Below, piece by piece: positions 56,660 through 64,000 of a DNA stretch of 64,000 bases. Under the pieces are notes generated by a model. The model made no database searches. It was given only the letters and a program-made list of their open reading frames with translations, and was not told the DNA's origin. The DNA is from a virus, in the IMG/VR virus record IMGVR_UViG_3300045976_000117, positions 10,299 to 74,298 of that record; one strand, written 5' to 3'. Within the stretch, counting starts at the first letter, position 1. Each line of letters begins with the position of its first letter. The position numbers were made by a program, and so were the translations under genes.

Positions 56660-59392
56660 TTATGCATTAAGTAGCACGCCTCCCTGCGTCTGCTCATACA
56701 TTGGCGCATATAAACGGCCTAATGTCTGGCTGGCTATATTTATATTGATGGCATCCGCGAGCTCGGACTTGCTCAGTCCTTCTGGATTGACGCCATTGCG
56801 ATAGGCATAATTCAATTGTGCCTGGGTCGGGGCGCCACGGCGCCAGGCTGCTTTCTTGTGTACGATATTGGGGTCTTCTTCCATTGCGGCGAAAGTGGCT
56901 GCGTCAATAGCTTCGTGTTCCGTAACATCCGTCGCGAGCCAAGTCACCGGATCATGAGCGGTCAGGCTAGCAGTCATTCCTGCACCCCATACTCCATTAA
57001 AGGGCACGATAAAGAAGATCCGGCCTACACCTGATCGACCCTTATTACTTGTTGCGATGAAGGGCTGACCATAGTAAGTATTGAGCCATTTAGCTTTGGA
57101 GTTTTCGAAAAGGTCAACCTCATGAATACCGACAATCTTCTTCGCTTGGTAAACCTTCTCGTCAGGCTCAATGCCCAGTTCTTTGATGCATTTAAAGCAC
57201 AGGAACAACTCAACAGCTTCGCAGAACCGCAGCACACGCCATTCGTCGCAGTGTTCACACTGCTCTAAGTTGTCAGCACTAATCTCCTTACTTTCGTGGT
57301 CGGTATCGGTCTTACTTAGATCTATCGCCGCCGCGAGTGTGGCGTTATCCGTGACGCCGACAAAGTCCAAGATGTAGGCGTACTGCTTGCCGTCTGCTTC
57401 CTGCTTGCTGGGCCATGGCCGCAGCACTCGTCCAACTTGCTGAATAAACAGCCCTACGTGCTTGGTAGGCCGGACAAGCAAGGCCACCTGACATCGTGGA
57501 CTATCCCAACCCTCAGCCAAGGCTGTGCAAGTGACAAGCACCTTGACAGCGCCAGTCTCGAAAGCGTGGAAGGCAAATTTGCGTTCGTTCTTCGAGGTAC
57601 CGGAGAAGATCTCCGCAGTGGGCACTCCGGCTGCCTTGAGTGCATCACCGAAGTACCGGGCACTTATTTGCGTAGGCGCAAACAAGACAGCAGACTTGCC
57701 GGGGGTCATCTTGAGATAACCTTTGACTACTGCATCCCGTACTTCTTCGACCATGACCACAGCCTCAGAGTCTTGGTCGTTGTAGTCGCCTTCCTTGGTT
57801 GTACGGATGGCGCTCAGGTCTAGATCGAGGTCACCTCCTAGCTGATAGGTTCGTGGTTCGGCCAAGTAGCCTTGCTTTACTGCCCAGCGGATATCCCGCT
57901 GAAATACGATTTCCTCCCACCAATCTCCTAACTTGCCGTCATCAGACCGTACCCACGTCGCGGTGTAGCCAACAAAATATGCATCGTTTCCTAGATAGTC
58001 GTAAAGGTTGAGGTAGGTAGGGGATATTGACACATGGGCTTCGTCAATGATGTTGAGCTTTGGTTTGGGGAGAGTGAGCAGCCTTTCCTTGTTCCGTAGA
58101 CTATGGATGGAAACGATCAACGCTCGCCGGTCGATCTCGTGCTTACTGGCCTTGACTACGCCAATCTCATCCGCGGGGATACCGGCCTCAATCAACTTGC
58201 GAACAGTCTGATCTACGAGTGTGTCCCGATGCAGGTAGACATTCACTCGCTCACCGTGTTGCCAGACAATCATGGCGCCGTGAGCCATAAGAATAGTATT
58301 GTGAGTCACAATATGTGCACGAGTTATGAGATACAGATGATCAGGCGCATCAACTGTAATACATCTGACTTCCTCTCGCCCGGCAGGCTCGATAGAAATG
58401 ATAGCGCTACGTGGCTTGAATTTTCTAGCTGGTTCTGTCTCAGCAACCTTTCGATCAGTGTCGAATGCCGTTAAATCCAGCGGTAATAAAATATGTAGCT
58501 CATACTCGATAGGTTTGTTGTCATGAGATCTGTCTTGTTTGCTAAATGAACAAGTGCCACCTAATGATGTAATTAATTCGATCATGTCTTCCACAAGACC
58601 AGAACTAGTCGTACTGTACGTAAGACTTCTGCGGCCTCCCTGTCGTACTGATCCATCACCAACCATAAGACCTTGAAGCAGAGCTACACGTTGCGGAATC
58701 GAAGCCTCAAGATAACACCGCGGGATGCGCTTATCTTTAGAATGCACTCGTAGACCTAGATCACTAGTAATTTTAGTGACACCAGTCAATTGAATGCGGG
58801 GACAATAACCGTCAATCGTCCTGTCTACGACCGGTGTGTGTTTAGCAACTCGACACCAAACCTCCTTGTCAGGTGTTGTTAAATATGTGTAATACTTCGA
58901 TGTCATACTGCCATTAGCTATAAGACTACCAACGACATAAGGATCTAGTGGCAAATCACGCCACGGTCGTATTACTGGCTCTGTTACTGGAATAGACCAT
59001 AAGTAACCGTCTCTATCCTTCATAGGTTGAGACATCAACCACTCAGTTGACACGATGCGGGGTAAACGTCCCTTGCGTTTTACTTGCCATAAATGATCGC
59101 CATCAACAATAACAGATTCGCCATGTTTCATGGTCACGCGATACACGTCAAGTTGACCACGGTCAAATATAGCCGTTACTCGAGTTGGCCGTCCATTCGA
59201 CCCATAGACATAGTCACCCACTTTCAGGTCACCCCACAGACGCAATCCTGTAGGCGTAGGCACCTCTGTAGAAAGGGGTGACCCCTTGCCGCATCCGGTC
59301 GGAAGTTGAATCCCAGGACGATGCAGGCCACGATCGAACGCATTATGCGTTGCTTCGTGTGCCTGGAGTTGATAACCCCGTAGCTTGACCAT
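56660..59392 (-). CDS. Superfamily 2 DNA helicase (DEAH), intein-containing
   Basis: LR.YQ, PTGCGK|T, IIDEAH, GYTAT, EGWD and QQVGRVLR motifs. Confidence 0.92.
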   Translation of the reverse strand: MVKLRGYQLQAHEATHNAFDRGLHRPGIQLPTGCGKGSPLSTEVPTPTGLRLWGDLKVGDYVYGSNGRPTRVTAIFDRGQLDVYRVTMKHGESVIVDGDHLWQVKRKGRLPRIVSTEWLMSQPMKDRDGYLWSIPVTEPVIRPWRDLPLDPYVVGSLIANGSMTSKYYTYLTTPDKEVWCRVAKHTPVVDRTIDGYCPRIQLTGVTKITSDLGLRVHSKDKRIPRCYLEASIPQRVALLQGLMVGDGSVRQGGRRSLTYSTTSSGLVEDMIELITSLGGTCSFSKQDRSHDNKPIEYELHILLPLDLTAFDTDRKVAETEPARKFKPRSAIISIEPAGREEVRCITVDAPDHLYLITRAHIVTHNTILMAHGAMIVWQHGERVNVYLHRDTLVDQTVRKLIEAGIPADEIGVVKASKHEIDRRALIVSIHSLRNKERLLTLPKPKLNIIDEAHVSISPTYLNLYDYLGNDAYFVGYTATWVRSDDGKLGDWWEEIVFQRDIRWAVKQGYLAEPRTYQLGGDLDLDLSAIRTTKEGDYNDQDSEAVVMVEEVRDAVVKGYLKMTPGKSAVLFAPTQISARYFGDALKAAGVPTAEIFSGTSKNERKFAFHAFETGAVKVLVTCTALAEGWDSPRCQVALLVRPTKHVGLFIQQVGRVLRPWPSKQEADGKQYAYILDFVGVTDNATLAAAIDLSKTDTDHESKEISADNLEQCEHCDEWRVLRFCEAVELFLCFKCIKELGIEPDEKVYQAKKIVGIHEVDLFENSKAKWLNTYYGQPFIATSNKGRSGVGRIFFIVPFNGVWGAGMTASLTAHDPVTWLATDVTEHEAIDAATFAAMEEDPNIVHKKAAWRRGAPTQAQLNYAYRNGVNPEGLSKSELADAININIASQTLGRLYAPMYEQTQGGVLLNA
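58298..59284 (-). mobile_element. Intein (329 aa) with LAGLIDADG-type endonuclease, inserted in the helicase Walker A motif
   Basis: Starts GSPLSTEVPTPTG; block B DHLW; LLQGLMVGDG; ends VRCITV...IVTHN followed by Thr+1. Confidence 0.92.
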
Positions 59393-59394
59393 GA

Positions 59395-59595
59395 CTAGAC
59401 AGGAAGGGTCCTTAATACGTGATCGATAGCATCAAGCTGGCCAAGCTCCGTAAAATCATGATTGATTTCAGCACGAGCTCGAACGGCCTTGGACAATTCC
59501 GTGACGCATCTCTTTAGTGTGCCAACATGATCAATCAGCTGATTAACTGTCATCACGGTGATGTCGGGGTCTACTTTATATGTCTCATTCGCCAT
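59395..59595 (-). CDS. Hypothetical protein
   Basis: Overlaps the upstream stop; operon context. Confidence 0.55.
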   Translation of the reverse strand: MANETYKVDPDITVMTVNQLIDHVGTLKRCVTELSKAVRARAEINHDFTELGQLDAIDHVLRTLPV

Positions 59596-59914
59596 CGGTC
59601 TCAACCACCTTCCATACCCAGCAGTCATCAGAGTTGTTCCACCGCGCCAAGACGGGCATGCCGTCGTACAACGGAAGGTCGTACTTTGGTTTTTCTGAGT
59701 CGTAGGCTTCTGCGGGCGGCGGATCGCAATTATTAAGCCATTCGGCCGCTAAGCAGTAAGACAGATCTCCGATATGGTCCTCACCCCCGTAGCATTCTTC
59801 CTCACATCCACGAATGCACCCTTTGTGGCAGTCACTGCCCGGACCTTCCTCACAAACCAAGGTGAGTATGACCGCGTCATGATCGAGTCGTACGTTCATT
59901 TTGTGGCCAGCCAT
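59585..59914 (-). CDS. Cys-rich hypothetical protein
   Basis: AAGGGGG RBS; operon context. Confidence 0.6.
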   Translation of the reverse strand: MAGHKMNVRLDHDAVILTLVCEEGPGSDCHKGCIRGCEEECYGGEDHIGDLSYCLAAEWLNNCDPPPAEAYDSEKPKYDLPLYDGMPVLARWNNSDDCWVWKVVETDGE

Positions 59915-59915
59915 T

Positions 59916-60377
59916 TTATTTATCCCCCTTGTACTTTTTCACGAGCTCCATCACTAATGTCTGCGCCGTATGGTCACCAGTGATGAAAGAATTAGGACAC
60001 GGACAGTTAGGGTCTTCCTCAAGCGACGGCGCACGCTGATAACCAAGAGCTTCCGCGGCTAGGTCATGGATTTCGGCAAGTTCGGTACCGACACCTTGCC
60101 ACCTGTGAATAGCCATACTTGTTAACTGGTCTGGATCAGTGATAACCGGATTAATGACGAAAGCCTCGCCAAGCCGGGCAACTATCCTCTCTAGCAGTGT
60201 GTAAAGAACTTTGAGCTCTTCTGCCTTTTTGTCTTGCTGTGCCCGTAGCCGGTCCACTTCTTTAATCAGCCAGCGAAGAGAGCTGTCGGGGCCGATTCGA
60301 TCATCAACCTGACTGAGCAGATACTTGATCTCATCAAGTCGATCACTCTGTTCCACATTCATTTCACATGCTCCCAT
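59916..60377 (-). CDS. Hypothetical protein
   Basis: Operon context. Confidence 0.6.
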   Translation of the reverse strand: MGACEMNVEQSDRLDEIKYLLSQVDDRIGPDSSLRWLIKEVDRLRAQQDKKAEELKVLYTLLERIVARLGEAFVINPVITDPDQLTSMAIHRWQGVGTELAEIHDLAAEALGYQRAPSLEEDPNCPCPNSFITGDHTAQTLVMELVKKYKGDK

Positions 60378-61057
60378 CGTTCCCCACGAACAATTTTTGC
60401 CACATTACTTTTGTCTATGTCAAACAGTTTGGCAATTTGTGCTGTACTTGCCTTACCAGAAGAATGAATTGCTCTAATACGTCTCACGATATTATCTGTT
60501 ATTTTTGATCGATGGTTGGATTCTCCGCGGGGTCGGCCTCTGTCTCGAGTTATTTGGACTGCTCCCTCAACATGTGGCCATCGTTTGCCACTGATAATTT
60601 TGCCAACTGCACTATTATCTAGTCCATATCGTGAAGCGATTTGTTTAACAGTAAGTGTGCTAGTCGAGTATAACTGTCTAATAATTCGTACATCATTCTC
60701 GGATATTTTCCGATAAGGTCGTAAATTATCTATACACATAGATTTCGTTCCATGGATTTCTTTATCAGCTTCATTGTCTTTATGTGTTTTCCAGATTAAA
60801 TTATCTGGCCTATTATTCGATCTTACTCCATCTATATGAGCAGCTTCCATACCGGGCAAAGCTGAGCCATGAAATACTTCACAAATAAATCTGTTTACTC
60901 GTACTGATTTGAATTCTCCGTTGCACTTAATAGAAACTTGAAGATATCCTTTTTTGTTAGCTGTACCAAAAGACACACGACCGGTAGGAAACATTACGCT
61001 GCCATCATCACCAGCATAATAACCTGGATATTTTTCAGAAGGCCGATAGTGGGTCAT
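60359..61057 (-). CDS. HNH homing endonuclease with two C-terminal HTH repeats
   Basis: FHG....MEAAHIDG..SNN...NL.W.T...N; repeated VR.IR...IA......SxV.KI..G.RW.HV; low GC. Confidence 0.88.
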   Translation of the reverse strand: MTHYRPSEKYPGYYAGDDGSVMFPTGRVSFGTANKKGYLQVSIKCNGEFKSVRVNRFICEVFHGSALPGMEAAHIDGVRSNNRPDNLIWKTHKDNEADKEIHGTKSMCIDNLRPYRKISENDVRIIRQLYSTSTLTVKQIASRYGLDNSAVGKIISGKRWPHVEGAVQITRDRGRPRGESNHRSKITDNIVRRIRAIHSSGKASTAQIAKLFDIDKSNVAKIVRGERWEHVK

Positions 61058-61159
61058 GGCCGTAGACGCTACACCCTACTCCAGTAGACACGCAAGTGGT
61101 CATGTTACTGGCAGGGACACTGGTCATGATAGTGGACATGTAAGTAGACATCGGGTAGC

Positions 61160-63298
61160 GTGCGCCCGGTGCGAGTGATCGAGACAGAGCTAGGCCCACT
61201 GCGGATCGTGAGTGACCTGCAAGGAGCCGCGGAGCTATGGAGTTGGATGCAGGGGCGCCGTGGGTGGTGCCTGGCAATGGACTCCGAGACCAACGCTCAC
61301 GATGAGTTCTCCCCCAGCTTCAGGCTGCGTACGGTACAGGTGGCCAGCCGAGTAGCGCCGGGGGCTAGCGAGTACGAGGGCTGGGTGATCCAGCACCAGC
61401 GGCCGGACATGGGCATGGTGGTGAGGGAGGTTGTGCGGTCGCATGATCTCTGGGCAGCATGGTTCACCCGTAATGATCTAAACTTCCTGGCCAACGGGTG
61501 TCCGGGCAGTGTCCGTCTTGATCAAAAAGAACCGCACATGATCGACGGTCAGCCTGTGCTGGCCTACTACGACCCGCGCACCGTCACCACCGCGGCGATC
61601 AAGGACAACATCGACCCACGGATAGCCCGACGACGCAGACTCAAGCCCGCTCATGAACTGCACTGTGGGACCGATGTCCTGTCCCGCACGGACCAGGCCA
61701 TGCATGATCGGTTCCGTGAGATCACCCCGAAGGAGCTCCGTGGGAGTCGGGACAGTGTCGTCAAATACGGCTTTGAACACATCGATGACGATGATGACCT
61801 GTATCTGGCCTACGCCGGTTTGGATGCCATCTGCACCGCCCAATTGATTGATCTCATGTTTCCGGAGATTCAACGCCGGGGGCAATGGGACGCCATGTGG
61901 GCAGACCTTCGATTGCAATGGCATTACGACCTACTACAGTATCGCGGGTTAGCGGTTGACGGACCTTATGTCCGATGGTTGTCCGATCAGCTCAAGTACC
62001 AAGTGGAGATTAACTCCAAGGTGCTGGCGCACTACTACATCGGACCAAGCGGGACCGGTCCCGCGGTGGGCAAGGCCTTCGAATTTTTGGGTGTCGAGTC
62101 ACCGAAGAAGACCAAGGCTGGTAAGCCTTGCTGGGATAAAACGGTGTTACCGGAGATCGCTGAAGCTGCACCAGACTCATACGCCGGAATCCTGGCTACC
62201 GCCATCATGGCGGTACGCAAGGCAAACAAGTACTGGAGCTCGTACGTCAAGCCCATGCTTGAGCGGCTCGAGATTGACGGGCGACTGCATCCTGATCTGA
62301 GAGCCATCGGCACGATCTCTAGTCGCAATTCCGCCATGCGGCCACCGCTGCAACAGCTACCTAAGAAAGACAAACGGGTGCGTGCAGCTATATGTGCGCC
62401 GTACCCCGGTTGGGTGTTCGTCACCGCGGATCTCCAGCAGGGGGAGCCGCGGACCATGGCGGCACGGTCCGGTGACAAGACACTGCTTAACGATCTCATC
62501 CACGGTGACCTGTACTCCGCGATTGCCTCTATGACCTATGGCGATCGGTACGTAGAGAAAGACGGCAAAGAGCCAGGCACAGGAAGTTATATTTTACGGC
62601 AGAAGGCTAAGTTCGCCTTCCTCGCGTGGACCTATGGGTGCGCTCCGCGCAAGCTGGCCAGTCTGCTCAGCGTCACCGCGAGTGATGCACGCAAGACCGG
62701 CGCTCAGATCTTCCTGATGAGTTATGAGGAAGCCAAGGCAGCCATTAAGCGCTGGGAACGTCGGTACCCCAAACTTGTGGCGCACCGTAACTGGCTGAAC
62801 AAGCAGCAAGCCATCACGCTCGAGTCGGGCTGGGTTGCGCCGCTTTGGGATCGCTACTACGTCGATGAGACCGGCGTGCACTGCGGGTCTGACCTCAGCC
62901 GCCTAGGGCTTAATTACGATACTCAAGGAAATCAGCGATATATATTCACCACTGCAATTCATCGTCTCATTGAATGGGGATATAGCTGGGCAATCTATTG
63001 GGTCATGCACGACGAAGCGATTTTGTGCGGTCCTAAAGAGCGGGCAGCCGAACTTGCTTATGCACTTAAATGTGCAATGACATTTGATTTTAAAGGTGTG
63101 CCGATCGAGTGTGATGTGGATAAGCCGGAGCAATGGGGCCCTACATGGATGCCGCAGCCTCAGGAATACATGGACACGCTCGAAGCTGCCGCATTGGCTG
63201 ATCTCGAGAGTGATATGCAGGGTTCGATGCAGGATCTTTATAACGACCATGTAATGGACAACGTCGATGATGCGATAGCTAGAATACTAGTGATGTGA
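61160..63298 (+). CDS. polA: DNA polymerase I (family A) with 3'-5' exonuclease domain
   Basis: DSET (Exo I), YAGLDA (Exo III), ADLQQGEPR (motif A), R..AK...LA..YG (motif B), HDE (motif C). Confidence 0.95.
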   Translation: MRPVRVIETELGPLRIVSDLQGAAELWSWMQGRRGWCLAMDSETNAHDEFSPSFRLRTVQVASRVAPGASEYEGWVIQHQRPDMGMVVREVVRSHDLWAAWFTRNDLNFLANGCPGSVRLDQKEPHMIDGQPVLAYYDPRTVTTAAIKDNIDPRIARRRRLKPAHELHCGTDVLSRTDQAMHDRFREITPKELRGSRDSVVKYGFEHIDDDDDLYLAYAGLDAICTAQLIDLMFPEIQRRGQWDAMWADLRLQWHYDLLQYRGLAVDGPYVRWLSDQLKYQVEINSKVLAHYYIGPSGTGPAVGKAFEFLGVESPKKTKAGKPCWDKTVLPEIAEAAPDSYAGILATAIMAVRKANKYWSSYVKPMLERLEIDGRLHPDLRAIGTISSRNSAMRPPLQQLPKKDKRVRAAICAPYPGWVFVTADLQQGEPRTMAARSGDKTLLNDLIHGDLYSAIASMTYGDRYVEKDGKEPGTGSYILRQKAKFAFLAWTYGCAPRKLASLLSVTASDARKTGAQIFLMSYEEAKAAIKRWERRYPKLVAHRNWLNKQQAITLESGWVAPLWDRYYVDETGVHCGSDLSRLGLNYDTQGNQRYIFTTAIHRLIEWGYSWAIYWVMHDEAILCGPKERAAELAYALKCAMTFDFKGVPIECDVDKPEQWGPTWMPQPQEYMDTLEAAALADLESDMQGSMQDLYNDHVMDNVDDAIARILVM

Positions 63299-63312
63299 GA
63301 GGAGGGATAAGA

Positions 63313-63903
63313 ATGGAACAATGGCGAGATGTGCTCGGTTTCAAAGGGTTGTATATAGTATCCAATTATGGTCGAGTGCATAGCCTGCCTCACACTACAC
63401 TTAACATTCTTGGATACTACCAATCATTTCCCGGTAAAATGATGACTCCTGTTCTCAAAGATGATGGTAAGCACTTACTAGTAATGCTGACCAAGTCAGG
63501 AAAACACTACAAAAAATTCATTCATGTACTGGTGGCTACAGCTTTTATAGGGCCTTGTCCTCCTGGCATGGAATGTTGTCACAATGATGGTGACGGTTTT
63601 AACAATTGGGCAGGTAATCTACGATGGGACACTCGATCGAATAATAATTATGATCGAGGTCGGCACGGTACAGATTGGGCTAGAAATAAGATAGAATGTC
63701 CACGTAATCATCTATTGCAATTACCGAATTTAGTAAGAAGTACTTGGGAAAAGCATAGGCGACGTGACTGCCTAGCATGTGCCAGGGCCCGTGGTAATAA
63801 GCAAACTGCTCAACGGTCGGGAATGTCATTTGATTTCAGAACTGTGGCAAATATTCACTACAACAAAATCATAGCTGTAAGATTGGAGAACATCGGAGCA
63901 TGA
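63313..63903 (+). CDS. NUMOD4-HNH homing endonuclease
   Basis: EQWRDV.GF.GLY.VSN.GRV.S; H.LVA.AF.GP.P.GMECCHNDG...NN...NLRWDT. Confidence 0.92.
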   Translation: MEQWRDVLGFKGLYIVSNYGRVHSLPHTTLNILGYYQSFPGKMMTPVLKDDGKHLLVMLTKSGKHYKKFIHVLVATAFIGPCPPGMECCHNDGDGFNNWAGNLRWDTRSNNNYDRGRHGTDWARNKIECPRNHLLQLPNLVRSTWEKHRRRDCLACARARGNKQTAQRSGMSFDFRTVANIHYNKIIAVRLENIGA

Positions 63904-64000
63904 CTACGAAAATCATCATCACTAAGCTATGCAATCTCAAGTTAGATGAACTTCTTAACAAATACGCTGATGTAGTTGATGTGACACACTATCACCGGTT
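63900..64000 (+). CDS. Hypothetical protein, truncated by the window end
   Basis: GGAG RBS and ATGA overlap; frame open to the end. Confidence 0.5.
   Translation, partial: MTTKIIITKLCNLKLDELLNKYADVVDVTHYHR

Noticed and set aside
60359-63903. Group I introns hosting the two HNH genes
   Set aside because: Flanking genes are intact and overlap-coupled, so these look like free-standing homing endonucleases

Overview
The window is a large part of a long-tailed (siphovirus-like) actinobacteriophage genome, probably infecting a filamentous actinomycete. That host is inferred from WhiB, Lsr2, STAS and AICE-type genes. Layout: 1-19.5 kb head, neck and tail genes (HK97-type capsid, a GT-B glycosyltransferase, a -1 frameshifted tail chaperone, tape measure protein with an SLT domain, tailspike with a chaperone domain); 19.5-28 kb a fragmented lysis region interleaved with leftward mini-operons; 28-33.7 kb leftward accessory genes, a duplicated structured ncRNA candidate and lsr2; 33.9-50.8 kb rightward accessory genes beginning with an actinomycete conjugative-element-like transfer module (DUF2637-like protein, TraB/FtsK translocase, clt-like repeats, SpdD-like protein) and including a tRNA-Met; 50.9-64 kb nucleotide metabolism and replication genes (dCTP deaminase, MazG-like, sigma factor, endonuclease VII, SSB, exonuclease, intein-containing helicase, two HNH endonucleases, DNA polymerase I). 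No integrase, terminase or portal gene is visible in this window. Best novelty candidates: (1) a virion-encoding phage carrying a TraB/clt mycelial conjugation kit, (2) a tandem pair of covarying ~110-nt RNAs, (3) a tRNA-shaped element that could gate a neck-gene RBS, (4) a GIY-YIG-WhiB fusion, and (5) two palindromic operator families tied to sigma70-type promoters. All protein calls come from motif and synteny recognition by eye; no database searches were run.
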